Positions 1 to 15,000 of a stretch of 64,000 nt of DNA are shown here, one piece after another. A program made the position numbers and the translations under genes. Numbering within the stretch: position 1 is the first letter of the stretch; each line of letters starts with the position of its first letter. The stretch covers positions 512,001 to 576,000 of the forward strand of contig OZ252243.1 of NCBI GenBank assembly GCA_965249555.1, written 5' to 3'. A model generated the notes under the pieces. That model saw only the letters and a program-made list of their open reading frames with translations, had not been told where the DNA came from and ran no database searches. Source of the DNA: Nitrosopumilus sp. (GTDB lineage Archaea > Thermoproteota > Nitrososphaeria > Nitrososphaerales > Nitrosopumilaceae).

Positions 1-3000
1 TGCACTGGTACATTAGTACCACCCTCAACGATTCTGGTCAGGGTGTAACTGTCGGCATCATCCACTGCACCCCATGAGAGCGCTATGGTATCATGAGTGA
101 CTGCCCCTTTCACAAGTGCTGGAGTAATAGGTACAGTTGCTGTAGATAGAGTCAAAGTGGATGAGTCACTTGTCTGGGAAACATCATTGTGTGATTCGAT
201 ACGATAAGTGTAAGTTCCAGGAGCGATGGTACTATCAAGGTATGATGGTGTAGTACGACTTCCTTGGTAGGCATCATCTCTATACACAGTATATTCTCTG
301 GCACCATCCACTGCATCCCATAGAATCTCAATAGTTGTGTAAGTGATTGTTCCTGCTCTAAGTGTAGGAGGTGCAGGTTCGGTGCGTATGGGTATGCTGC
401 CAAGTTCATCACCATCAAATGAGAGGGTGACTGTACCATCATAATCATACCCGACTGGTACCGTAGTAGATGATTCTGAACCTGCATCACCAGATGCAAT
501 GGGGACGGTATCTGTTGTACCACCGTATCCAATTGTGAAATCACCATATGTTAGCGGTGTGAATGATACGGTTGCCTCATCACCATCTACTGTTACACTA
601 AAAGAGCCTGTTTGGATTGGAGATGTAGTTAAAATCAGTACGCCAGATTTGCCACTTTGCTGGAAAGCGATGTTAGATAACATGGCATGATAAGCGTAGG
701 ATGTGTAAGGATCCAAGCCAGTGTCAGTGTATGATGTATCAGCGGTATTTGCTATGAATTCACCATCTCTATATAACGAATAGACCAAGGCACCATCCAC
801 TGCACTCCATTCAATCTCAATGCTTGATTCGGTGATGATTTTTCCTGCTCTAAGTGTGGGTGCGGCTGGAATTGTATCAGTTGATGCTACAGTTGTAGAT
901 GCTGCAAACTTTGCAGAAGGAGCACTTGGCCCGGCAGAATTTGTTGCCGTAATTATATAATTGTAATCTGTATTAGCAATCAGGCCGGTATCTGTGGCAG
1001 TCAATATATCGCCTGATGCCACTATAATATCTCCATGTGTTACACCTAAAACTTTACCAGTATCTGTGGCAGTCAATATAATGCCTGATGCCAATGTTAC
1101 ATCACTAATGCCATCAACAATTCTGATCAGGGTGTAACTATTAGCATTATCCACTGCATCCCATGATAACGTTATGCTTGTTTCAGTGACTTCTCCCAGT
1201 ACAAGTGCTGGAGTAGCAGGTGCTCCAGCTGTAGTTACATCCAACCCGGCAGATGGAACGCCTGTATACGTATCAGAATGTGATGTAATAGTAAAAGTGT
1301 AATTGGTTTCAGCAGTTAAATTATCAACAGTATGCGTCAAAGCACTGGTGCGTATTACCAATGTATTACCGTTGAACAGTGAATATTCAGTTGCACCAGT
1401 TGGTGCAGTCCATGTAATTATTACACTCGTATCAGTAATTTCTCCTGCAGAAAGTACAGATGGTACTATGGTTGTAACTGCATCCAGATCCTCAGATGGA
1501 ACGCTTGTCCCGGCAGCGTTAGTTGCTGTGGCATGATATGTGTAGGATGTTCCGGGAGTTACTATATTATCAGTGTAGGATAATTCAGTGACAGGTCCCA
1601 GGGAAGCATCATCCCTGAACAGCTCGTATTCTGTGGCACCAGTCACTATATCCCATGAAATCACAACACTTGTCGGAGTGATTTCTCCCAGTACAAGTGC
1701 GGGTGGGGCAGGTCCAGTAGTTACAGATACACTGCCAACTTGTGCACCATCAAATGAGAGGGATACATCTCCATCATAATTATACCCGACTGGCACTATA
1801 GTAGTTGATGTTTCACCCAACTCATCATTTGCAATGCTGACAGTTCTCTGATCAGTGCCATATGCAATTATGAAATCGCCGGATTTTAATGGTACAAAGG
1901 ATACGGATGCGTCATTAACGCCAGCTATGACACCAAAAGAGCCTGATGCAATTGGAGGTATCTCAATTGGCGTACCAGGTGTTGCAGTCGAACTTGTAGA
2001 TACAACCAGATTGGCAGATGGTTCACTGGTCTGGGAAATGTCGTTAGTTGATGTGGCATGATAAATGTAAATCGTTTCAGGAGTCAAGCCAGCGTCAGGG
2101 TAGGATAATTCAGTGACAGGTCCCAGGGAAACATCATCTCTGAATAGCTCGTATCCTGTGGCACCAGTTTGTGCATCCCATTCAATCATAATGCTTGTTT
2201 CAGTGATTGCACCAGGTCTAAGTGTAGGAGGTGTTATGGTTGTAGATATTTCCAGATCAGCAGAGTTGTCACTTGTCTGTGGAATGTCGTTAGTTGATGT
2301 GGCATGATATGTGTAGGATGTTCCGGGAGTTACTGCAGTATCAGAATATGATGTACCAGTGACAGGTCCCAGGGAAACATCATCTCTGAATAGCTCGTAT
2401 CCTGTGGCACCAGTTTGTGCATCCCATTCAATCACAATGCTTGTTTCAGTGATTGCACCAGGTCTAAGTGTAGGTGGTGCTATGGTTGTAACTGCAACCA
2501 GATTGGCAGATGGTTCACCGGTCTGGGAAATGTCGTTAGTTGATACGGCATGATATGTGTAGGATGTTGCAGGAGTCAAGCCAGTGTCAGGGTAGTATAA
2601 TTCAGTGACAGTTTCCAAGAAAGCATCATCTCTGAATAGCTCGTATCCTGTGGCACCATTTACGGCAGTCCATGTAATCTCAATGCTTGTTTCAGTGATT
2701 GCTCCTGCGACAAGTTCAGGAGGTGCTATGGTTGTAACTGCAACTAGATCCTCAGAGTTGTCACTTGCCTGCGAAGCACGGTTATTTGATGTGGCATGAT
2801 ATGTGTAGGATGTTCCGGGATCCAAGCCAGTGTTAGTGTGGTTTAAACCAGAAATAGCTCTTATGAGAATGTCATCTCTATACAACTTGTAGAAGAAGGC
2901 ACCTGGTTGTGCATCCCATACAATCACTATACTTGTCGAATTGATTGCTTCTTTCACAAGTACGGGTGGGGCAGGTAGTGTATATGCCCTAGCTGTAGTT

Positions 3001-6000
3001 ACAGCCCGATTGGCAGAGTCCTCACTTGTCCCAACAGAATTAGTTGCTGTGGCATGATATGTGTAGGTTGATGCAGGAGTCAAGGTCTCATCAGTGTAGG
3101 ATAATTCAGTGGTAGTTGTCACTGAGTTGCCATCTCTAAACAGCTCGTATCCTGTGGCACCAGTCACTGCATCCCATGTAATCACTATACTTGTCGAAGT
3201 GATTTCTCCTGACCTAAGTGCAGGTGGGGCAGGTGGAGTTGCTGCATCAGTCCTTGCAGTAACCTCGTTAGATGAACCACTTGGTCCAGCGGAATTTGTA
3301 GCTATAATGGTATACTTGTACGGTGTGTCAGCAGTCAATCCGGTATCAGTGGCAGTCAGTTCAGTTATTGGCACATCAACATTGCCGCCTGCAACAATTC
3401 TGGTCACGGTGTAACTGTCGGCATCATCCACTGCAACCCATGAAAGTGATATGGTTGTATCAGTGGTAGAGTCTACAGAAAGCACAGGTATTTCAGGTAC
3501 AGTTGGTGCAACAGTTGGTGCTGCAAGTGTAGTTACAGACACGACATCAGAGGCGGCACTGTCTCCAGCTAGAGCCACTGCCTTTATGGAATAGGTGTAA
3601 GTTGTTGCAGGTTCCAAGGTATCATCAGTGTATGATATAGTGCCCCCAGAGACCGATATCTCAGTTGTCACGGTGTTAACTGTTCTGCTCAGCGTATAAC
3701 CAGTTGCACCAGTCTGCTCATCCCATGAGAACACTACACTGTTATGAGTAATATCTCCTTTGACAAGTGTCGGGGTGCCAGGTATAGTTGATACTGATTC
3801 CCTTGCATATTCATGTCCACCAAATGAGATGACAATCTCACCAATAAAGCCATGACCAGTTGATAGTGTAATATTTTCGGTGGCATTACCTACTTCATCA
3901 GTATTAATAGTCCAGAGCGTGCTCGGACCACCTACTGCTTGAATCAGAAATGTGCCTGCTCTTAATGGTACAAAGGATACAGTTACATCTCCATCATCAT
4001 GTGCAGTAGCGATAAATGTGCCTGCCTTGATTGCCAGTGTCCTTGCAGACTGGCTTGCAACATCCTTACTGTCAAATGAGAGGGTTACATCACCATCAAA
4101 GTCATACCCAACTGTTATTGTGCTCTCTTTTACTGCTGAATCTGATACATCCTCAGCTGAGACAGCAACTGTATCACTTGACTCACTAGATGTAATCGTA
4201 AATGTGCCTTCCTTTAAGGCTGTAAATGTCACAAGTAATTTGTCTGCATTTGCCGTATGGGTAACCTCAAAAGAGCCTGCCTTGATTGCCGGCGTTTCAA
4301 CTGGTGCTGCAGTTGTAGATGCTGCAAACTCTGCAGAAGGAGTACTTGTCCCGGCAGCATTTGTTGCCACAATGACATACTTGTAATTAGTTGAAGGAGT
4401 CAGGTTCCTATCTGTGGCAGACAATATATCGCCTGATTCCACCACTACATTATCACCGCCATCAACAATTCTGGTCAGAGTGTAAGTTTTGGCATTAGCC
4501 ACTGCACCCCATGCGAGCTCTATGGTATTATGAGTATTAGATGCAATACCAAGTGCGGGAGTAGCAGGTGCTGATGCTGTAGTTACTGTGTATGTTCTAG
4601 TTGCAGGGTTAGCTGCATTGTTTGATGCATCTACAGAATTATAAGTGATAATGTAATCGTCTGGTGTGTCTATATTGACATCTCCAGTTGTAGTAACTAT
4701 AGAGTCATCATCAGTTCTGACTCCTTCAAGCAAGTTAGGTTGTGCTGAGCCAGCTTGTAGTGTAACGGTAAGAGGATTTACTGTGATTACTGGTGGTATG
4801 GTATCAAGTGTAATGACTAAAGCTGGTGATGCGTCAGATGTGTTGACTCTATCAGATGCTGTTGCAGTGAATGAGTTGGCACCTTCATCTAGTGCAACTC
4901 CTGTAAATGAGAAATTCCCGTCACCATCGGCAATTACTGTACCAGCTGATGTTCCTCCATTGAATAGTGCTACAGTTGTCCCGGCCTCAGCCGTACCTTC
5001 AATCGTGATTGTTTGTGTATTGACAGTTGCAGGTGAGGTGGTAATTGCAGGAACTGGTGGTGTTTCAGTATCAAGTGTAATGACTATAGCTGATGATGCT
5101 GCAGATGTGTTGACTCCATCAGATGCTGTTGCAGTGAATGAGTTGGCACCTTCATCTAGTGCAACTCCTGTAAATGAGAAATTCCCGTCACCATCGGCAA
5201 TTACTGTACCAGCTGATGTTCCTCCATTGAATAGTGCTACAGTTGTCCCGGCCTCAGCCGTACCTTCAATCGTGAATGATTGTGTATTGACAGTTGCAGG
5301 TGAGGTGGTAATTTCAGGAACTGCTGGTGCTGTAACATCAGGTCCTACTGTTACAGTTTCAGTGATTGTTGTGGTTTGTCCATTGCTGTCAGTTACAGTA
5401 TAAGTTACGATATATTCTCCAGAAGTGTTGACATTTACCAAGTCATCACCAACTACAATACTAGATGCAATTACTGAGATATCAGATTGATTGTTAATTG
5501 CACCTGGGGCGTATGTTCCGCCAAATGGTACTGCAGTGGAATAGTCAGCTGTTTTACCATCAACATCAAAGGTTGGCGGTGTGGTATCAGATACGGTAAT
5601 TGTAATTGATTGTTGGTCTGGCGTGTTACCTGCTGTATCAGCTGGCGCATCATACAATACGGCGTATACTCCTATAACACTGGAGTTAGGCGCATCATCT
5701 GTAACTGTTACTGTTCCAGAGTAGGCTGGGTCATTATCTTCTACAGTAGCGTCAGGTATAGTGTAGGTGTTGGTTTGAGTTAACTCTATTGTTTCACTGG
5801 ATCCTGATACCGTGATTACCGGTTTTTCGGTATCAAGTGTAATGACTAAAGCTGATGATGCTGCAGATGTGTTGACTCCATCAGATGCTGTTGCAGTGAA
5901 TGAGTTGGCACCTTCATCTAGTGCAACTCCTGTAAATGAGAAATTCCCTGAACCATCGGCAATTGTCGTACCAGCTGGTGTCACTCCATTGAATAGTGCT

Positions 6001-9000
6001 ACAGTTGTCCCGGCCTCAGCCGTACCTTCAATCGTGAATGATTGTGTATTGACAGTTGCAGGTGAGGTGGTAATTTCAGGAACTGCTGGTGCTATGGTAT
6101 CAAGTGTAATGACTATAGCTGATGATGCTGCAGATGTGTTGACTCTATCAGATGCTGTTGCAGTGAATGAGTTGACACCTTCATCTAGTGCAACTCCTGT
6201 AAATGAGAAATTCCCTGAACCATCGGCAGTTGTCGTACCAAGAGATGTTGTTCCACGGAATAGTTCTATAGTTGCTCCGGCCTCAGTTGAACCGCCTTCA
6301 ATTGTGATTGGTGTTGAATTTACAGTTGCAGATGGTGTGGTAATTGTAGGAACTGGCGGTGCTGTAATGTCAGGTGCTGCATCAGTCCTTGCAGTAACCT
6401 CGTTAGATGAACCACTTGTACCGGCAGCATTTGTTGCCGTAATGACATACCTGTACGGTGTCTCAGCAGTCAGGCCAGTATCAGTGGCAGTCAATGCATC
6501 AGTTGTTGGCACTTCTACATTAGCACCGCCTGCAACAATTCTGGTCAGGGTGTAACTGTCGGCACCAACCCTATCCCATGATAGTGTTATGGTATTATGA
6601 GCGGTATCTGTAATTCTGAGTGTCGGAGTTGCAGGAGATGTAGTTACAGATAACGGTGCTGATGGTTGGCTTTTCACAGTACGATCACTGTTATATGATT
6701 CGACAGTAAAGGAATAAGTTGTTCCAGGAGTTAAATTAATGTATGTATGCGTTGTGCCAATAACTGTTATTGGTCGTGAGCCCTCTAGGTGCAAGAAATA
6801 GTCAGCAGCGCCATGTATAGCAGTCCATGTAATTGTTACACTTGTATCAGTGACTGCTCCTTTCATAAGTACTGGTGCGGCCAGTGTTGTAGCCACATCC
6901 AGATCATCAGAGTCCTCACTTGACCCGGCAGCGTTAGTTGCTGTGGCGTGATATGTGTAGAATTTTCCCGGAGTTACTGTAGTATCAGTGTGGGATAATT
7001 CAGTGGTAGTAGTTGCTATGGAAACATCATCCCTGAACAGCTCGTATCCTGTGGCACCCTCCACTACATCCCATGTAATCACTATGCTTGTATCAGTGAT
7101 TGCCCCGGTACCAAGTGCTGGTGCTGCAGGAACCGTAAGTACAGGTAACGCCGATGATGGTGAGCTTTTCACAGAATCACTGCTGCGTGACTCTGCAGCG
7201 AAAGAATAATCTGTACCGGCAGTCAGGCCAGTAACAGTATGCGTTGTGCCAGTAACTGTTGCTATTGGTGTTGCAGAATTATCTTGGTACAATAAATAGT
7301 CAGCAGCGCCATGTATAGCAGTCCATGTAATTATTACAGTTGTATCAGTGACTGCTCCTTTCACAAGTACTGGTGGTGCTATGGTTGTAGCTGCGGTCAG
7401 ATCCTTAGATGCGTCACTTGGCCCGGCAGAATTAGTTGCTGTGGCGTGATATGTGTAGGATTTTCCCGGAGTCAATTCATCATCAGTGTGGGATAATTCA
7501 GTGGTGGTAGTTGCTATGGAAACATCATCCCTGAACAGCTCGTATCCTGTGGCACCATCCACTATATCCCATGAAATCACAATGCTTGTATCAGTGACTG
7601 CTCCCTTCACAAGTACAGGTGGTTCAGATGCTACGGCATTTTTAGCAGGTATATCTTCCCATACCGTATCGCCTTCATATAATATAGTAAAACTACTACC
7701 AGTACCTTGCGTACCAGTATCGCCAGTTACGCCGATTCTGTCAGCGGCATTTGCCAGTTCAAGATCTGTACTCAAAGAAATAATATGGGAATCGGTAAAC
7801 ACCTCTGCAAGTGTACTTTCACTGTCGCCTGTATCTAGATAAATAATATATGTGCCTTCTACAGATGGTACATTCTCCCAGGACAGTCTGATGAAATCGT
7901 TAGCCAGTCTTTCAACTGTTAGAGTTGGTGCTGTGGTGTCAGGTGTTTCATCAGTACTTGCAGTGACCTCGTTAGAAGATTCACTTGGTCCAACGGAATT
8001 TGTAGCTATAAGGGAATACTTGTACTCTGTGTCTGCAGTCAGGTTCTCATCAGTGAAAGTCGTTGCATCGCCGGATAACGCTTCAGTACCATCAGCACTG
8101 CCTGCAAGGGTTCTGGTTAAAGTGTAACTGTTGGCATTACCCACTGTACCCCATGAAAGTGATACAGTTGTATCAGTGGTAGAGTCTACAGAAAGCACAG
8201 GAGTTGCAGGTGCAGTTGGTGCTGCAGCTGTAGTTGCAGAAAACTCTGCAAATTCACTTCCTTGAATGCCGTTTCCGATACCGGTTGGATTAACTGATCT
8301 GACATAATATGTGTAGGATGTTTCAGGAGTCAAATCAGGAATATAAAATGATAGTTCAGTGACGGTATTAAGACGGATATGAAGAACAGTAGGATCGTCA
8401 TAAATCAAATATCCTATGGCACCATCCACTGCATCCCATTCAATCGTTATACTTGTCGGAGTGACTGCTCCTACTCTAAGTATAGGAGGTGCAGGCGGAG
8501 TCCTTATGGATAAACTGTCAACTGGTACACTATCAAATGAGAGGGTTATATCTCCATTATAACTATACCCGACTGGTACTAGAGTAGATGATGTTTCACC
8601 CAACTCATCATTTGTAATGCTGACAGTAATGCTCTGATCAGTACCATATCCAATTATGAAATCACCGGATTTTAATGGTACAAAGGATATCAGTACATCA
8701 ACAGCGCGTATTTCGATAGCAAAAGGTTCTTGAATTGCAGGTATCTCAATTGGCGTACCAGGTGTTGCAGTCGAACTTGTAGATACAACCAGATTGGCAG
8801 ATGTGTCACTGGTCTGGGAGATATCATTGTGTGATTCTACACGATAAATGTAAATCGTTTCGGGTTCCAAGGAAACATCAGTGTATGATACGTCAGGGGT
8901 AGTTACTATGAGGGTACCATCTCTATACAATTTGTATTCTTGAGCACCAGTTGGTTCTTCCCATGCAAACTCAATGCTTGTAGGAGTTATTGTTGTTGCC

Positions 9001-12000
9001 TTAATTGTAGGAGGGGCAGGTTCGGTGTTTATTGGTATACTGTCAATTACATCACTGCCAAAGAAGAGGGCGACGGTTCTATTGAAATTATAACCGACTG
9101 GTACTATAGTGGTTGATACTGAACCTTCATCACCATCTGCAATGGTGACAGGGATGCTCTGATCACCATATTTAATGGTAAACTCACCGGATATTATTGG
9201 TACAAATGATACGGTTGCCTCATCACCATCAGCTGTAACATCAAAAGATTGTGCAGCCGAACTTATGGTTACGGCAAACTGGGCAGAAGGAGCACTTGTT
9301 TTGCCATCAGGTGTTGTTGCCGTAATTATATAATTGTATTCTGTCTCTGCAGTCAGGTTCTCATCAGTGGCAGTAAATATATCGCCTGATGCCACTGTTA
9401 CATCATTAATGCTATCAACAACTCTGGTCAGGGTATAAGTTTCGGCATTATTCACTGAATTCCATGAGAGCGTTATGCTTGTTGGAGTGACTGCTCCCAG
9501 TAAAAGTGTCGGAGTTTCAGGTACAGTCGTTACAGACTCCCTTGCAATTACATCACCATTAAACAAGATGAAGATATCCTCAGCAAAGCCAGGATCAGCG
9601 TCTCTTATGGTAACTGTTATTGGTATATCTATCTGTCCCGTCTCGACAATTTTTTCTATGGGCACAATAGAATTAGCGTTAATGATAAATGTGCCTGCAA
9701 GTACAGGTGTGAATGATACGGTTATGGTTCCATCCGCATTATCAGCAAATGCCAGGGTACCTGCCTTGATTGGGTCTACCACTATAGTAGTTACATGCTG
9801 CCTTACAACCTCGACACTATTATGGAAAAGAATGACATTGCCTGTAAAAGTAGGGCCAAGAGTAATTTGGACCAATGCATGGTCACCCGTAACAGGGATA
9901 TCTTTGGTATTGCCTCCCCACTCAACATGGTATGAGTCTAGCTCATAGGGCTCAAAGGATATCTGTGCTGTGATGCCATCAGATAATATGAAAACCTCAA
10001 AAGAGGTGTCCTCGATTACAAACTGATCAGTTGCGTAAGTTGGTGTTGTGACTGGTATAGGTATTGGAATTGTAGTTACAGTAATATCATCAGAACTGGC
10101 ACTAAATCCAGCTGCTGCCACTGCCCTTATGGAATAAGTGTAAGATGTTTCAGGTTCCAAGGTATCATCAGTGTATGATATCCCAGTCCCAACGACGGGT
10201 ATCTCAATTGGTCCTGTGCCACCTGTTCTGCTCAGCGTATAACCAGTTGCACCAGTCTGTCCATCCCATGAGAGACTAATGCTGTCATGAGTGACTGCTC
10301 CTGCGACAAGTGTGGGGGTGCCAGGTACAGTTGGTGCTGCAGTTGTAGATGCTGCAAACTCTGCAGAAGGAGTACTTGTCCCGGCAGCATTTGTTGCCAC
10401 AATGACATACTTGTAATTAGTTGAAGGAGTCAGGTTCCTATCTGTGGCAGACAATATATCGCCTGATTCCACCACTACATTATCACCGCCATCAACAATT
10501 CTGGTCAGAGTGTAAGTTTTGGCATTAGCCACTGCACCCCATGCGAGCTCTATGGTATTATGAGTATTAGATGCAATACCAAGTGCGGGAGTAGCAGGTG
10601 CTGATGCTGTAGTTACTGTGTATGTTCTAGTTGCAGGGTTAGCTGCATTGTTTGATGCATCTACAGAATTATAAGTGATAATGTAATCGTCTGGTGTGTC
10701 TATATTGACATCTCCAGTTGTAGTAACTATAGAGTCATCATCAGTTCTGACTCCTTCAAGCAAGTTAGGTTGTGCTGAGCCAGCTTGTAGTGTAACGGTA
10801 AGAGGATTTACTGTGATTACTGGTGGTATGGTATCAAGTGTAATGACTAAAGCTGGTGATGCGTCAGATGTGTTTGGTCCATCAGACGCTGTTGTAGTGA
10901 ATGAGTTCTCACCATCAGTCAGTGTAACTGTAAATGAGAAATTCCCTGTATCAGCAATTACTGTATCAACTGATGTTGCTCCCTTGAATAGTTCTACAGT
11001 TGTCCCGGCCTCAGCCGTACCTTCAATCGTGAATGATTGTGTATTGACAGTTGCAGGTGAGGTGGTGATTATAGGAGCTTCTGGTGGTATGGTATCAAGT
11101 GTAATGAATATAGCTGATGATGCGTCAGATGTGTTTGATCCATCAGATGCCGTTACAGTGAATGAGTTGGCACCCTCAGTCAGTGTAACTGTAAATGAGA
11201 AACTACCTGAATCAGCAGTTACTGTATCACCAGTTGATGTTCCTCCCTTGAGCAGTGCTACAGTTGTCCCGGCCTCAGCCGTACCTTCAATCGTGAATGA
11301 TTGTGTATTGACAGTTGCAGGTGAGGTGGTGATTATAGGAGCTTCTGGTGCCGTATCATCAGGTTCAGGTCCAGTAGTTACAGATTCCCTTGCAACCTCG
11401 GCACCGCCGGAAATTGAAATGATAACATTGCCAGTATAATCATACCCGACTGTTTCTATGTGAATGTTTGGGATGGATGCATCACCAATTCTAAAGTTAA
11501 TGATAGAACCATTCTCAAATTCAATTACAAAATTACCGGGATGTGAGGATGTGAAGGTTATGACTACTTTATCTCCGTCAGTATGAGGGGCACTGGTGAG
11601 AGTGTATGTGTGAGAAGCAGTACTTGCAGGAAACTCTGCAGAAGGTTCACTTGTTCCGGCAGCATTTGTTGCCGTAATGGTATACTTGTACGGTGTGTCA
11701 GCAGTCAGGCCAGTATCTGTGGCAGTCAATGCATCAGTTATTGGCACTGGTACATTAGCACTGCCATCAACAATTCTGGTCAGGGTGTAACTGTCGGCAT
11801 TAGTCACTGCACCCCATGAAAGTGTTATAGTTGTATCAGTAGTTGCTCCTGCAGAAAATACGGGAGTAGCAGGTGGAATAATTATGGATACACTGCCAAT
11901 CACCTCACCACCAAATGAGAGGGTGACTATACCACTATAATCAGACTCAACTGGTAATGTAGTAGTTGATTTCACACCTAATACAGTATCTGCAATGTTG

Positions 12001-15000
12001 ACATTAATGCTCTGATCAGTACTATATCCAATCGTGAAATCGCCGGATTTTAATGGTGTAAAGTATGCAGATGCTGTTCCATCATCAACAGCTATGACAC
12101 TAAAAGAGCCTGATGCAATTGGAGGTATATCAGCTGGCGTATCAGGTGATGCAGTCGAACTTGTAGCTACAATCAGATTGGCAGATCTGGCGATGGTACT
12201 TGGAGCGCTATCAACTGCGACGACAGAATAAATGTAAACTGTTTCAGGAGTCAGGCTCACATCATTGTGTGATGTACCACCGATAACTTGTACTCCGGGA
12301 AGATCAGATCTAGTCAACGCATAGTTGAAGGCACCAGGTACTGTATCCCATGTAAGCCCAATGCTTGTCGGAGTGATTATTCCTGCGACAAGTTCAATTG
12401 GTGCTGCAGGTGTAGTTACAGTCAGATCCTCAGATGAGTCACTTGCCCCGACAGTGTTAGTTGATGTGGCATGATATGTGTAGGATGTTCCGGGAGTTAC
12501 TGTAGTATCAGTGTATGATGTATCACGAGTAGTTTCTATGAGAGCATTATTTCTATACAATTTGTATTCTGGATCACCACCTTGTGCATTCCATGAAATC
12601 TCTATGCTGTTATGAGTGACTACTCCTTTCACAAGTACAGGTGGGGCAGGTGCAGGTACTGGTGCAAATATTCGAACAGTTTCAGCAGCATCAATGAAGG
12701 TATTAATACGACCACTTATGCCAATTTCTTCTTCATTAGTTAATTCGTCAAATTTGGAATCAGTGGTAAGCCAAGTATGATTGTTATCGGTTCCAGGAAT
12801 AGTCTGTAAGAATTTAGTGGTGCCATCTTTAATTGTAAAAGAAGTATAGCCGTTGGCTGTAACAGTCGGTAGATTACTCCACTCTAATAGGATGGAATTG
12901 TCAGCCTGTCTTGTAGCTGTTATAGTTGGTTCAACGGTTGCATTTGGGGTGAGTGGAGGTACTGGTGCAAACGTTATTGAACCTATCACATTACTGCTAG
13001 TAATACTAGCCATGCCAATTTCGTCTGCACTATTTATTCTCTCAAAAAAGGTCGTAACTGTAGGAATAATAACAAAGTTATTGCTAGTCGGTTCTAAATC
13101 GAAGATACGATCAGATATAGTAGTACCCTCCTTTAGCAAAATCCGATATTGATAGTCAGTCGGTATATTACTCCACTCTAATCGGATGGAATTGTCAGCC
13201 TGTCTTGTAGCTGTTACAGTTGGTGGTTCAGGTCCAGTCGTTACATGTGCCCTTGCAACTTCAACTCTATCAGATACCCCGTCTCTAAAGAAAATGACGA
13301 TATCTTGATCAAAACCATAACCTATCGTTATTGGGGGTACAACTTTATGTGTACCTGTCTGACTAACACTAACATTTTCAGTATTGAAAGCACCATATTC
13401 AATATGATATACACCGACTTGTAGCGGTGTAAAAGATATATTTATTTGATCGCCATTGGAACCATTCGTTTCAATACTAATAGTGCCGTCCTCGATTGCC
13501 GTCTGAGTATCTGCATAAGTTGGTGTTGCGGCATTAAAAGAGGCCGGTGCAGGTGTGGTGGTTACTTTCAAAGGAGTAGAGAATGCACTTGTCTGGCCAA
13601 TATCATTGCGTGCTACGACACTAAAAGTGTACTCTATACCAGGAGTTAAACCATAAACAATGAATGATGTATCATCAGTATTTCCTCGGTTAGCGCCGTC
13701 TCTGTACACTGCGTATGATGTGGCACCTTCCACCGCATTCCATGTAATCTCAATGTTTGTCGAAAAGATGTCTCCTGTTCCAATTACGGGTGCGGAAGGT
13801 GGTGCAGTCAAGGTCGTTACAGGTATCTTTGCAACTTCTTCACTGTCAAATGAAACGACAACGTCGTCATCATAACCATAACCTATGAGGACGTCGAACA
13901 AGCCTTGACTTTCATTTATGTGAGTAACATCAGCAGTGAAAGAAACGCCACCGTCGCCATATTCAAATGCGTAGCTGCCGACTTTTAGCGGTGTAAAGAT
14001 AATGTTTATCCTATCTCCTGCAGTATTCAGTTGATATCTAAGAGAGCCTGCCTCGATTGCCGACTGGCCAGGTATGTAAGATGGTGCGTTAGGATCCGGT
14101 CCAGTCGTTACATGTATCCTTGCAACGTCCTTACCTCCAAATGAAAGGATGACATCATCATCAAAGCCAAGGCCAACTGTTATTGCAATCTCTTTTACTG
14201 CTGATGTTACATCCTCAGCAGAAACAACAGCTGTCTCACTTGCATCACCTGCCGTAACTGTAAATGTTCCTTCCTTTAACGGTACAAATGTCACACGTAA
14301 TGTGTCTGCATCTGTCGTATCAGCAACCCTAAAAGAGTCTGCTTGGATTGCCGGCGATGCAGGCGCAATCGTTACATGTATCCTTGCAACTTCTACACCG
14401 TTTAATTCAGCGATAACATCATCATCATAACCTTGACCTACTTTGATGACGGATTCTTTTTCTGGACCTAATGAAGTAATATCAGAGGTGGCAACGCCGT
14501 CGTCGCCATATTTAAAACTAAATGTGCCGGTTTCTGTTGGCGTATAGAATATTTTTATCCAATTTCGATTGGTAAGCACCTCATAACGTAAAGGGTTCGC
14601 ACCTTCCTGGATTGCCGTCTGACCTTCTACATAAATTGGTACGCCAGGATCCGGCCCAGTCGTTACATGTATACGTGCAACTTCTATACTGTTTGAGAAA
14701 ATAACAATATCATCATCATAACCATAACCCACCGGTATTGCAATAGTCTGATCCTCACCTGAAACAACCGGGACATTCTTCTCACTATCACCAAATGTAA
14801 ATCCAAGTGTGCCAGTCTCTAGCGGCGAAAACCACACATTTACCGTATCTCCTGAGGAAGGCAGTATAACAGCGAAAATGCTTTCATCAAGTGCCGTCTG
14901 GGCATCTGCGTAAGTTATTTGTGTGGAAACTTGAGCCTCTGCACTTGCAAGGAGAAGCGATATGGCAAACATGACAACCCCTCCCCCCATTAACGCAGAG

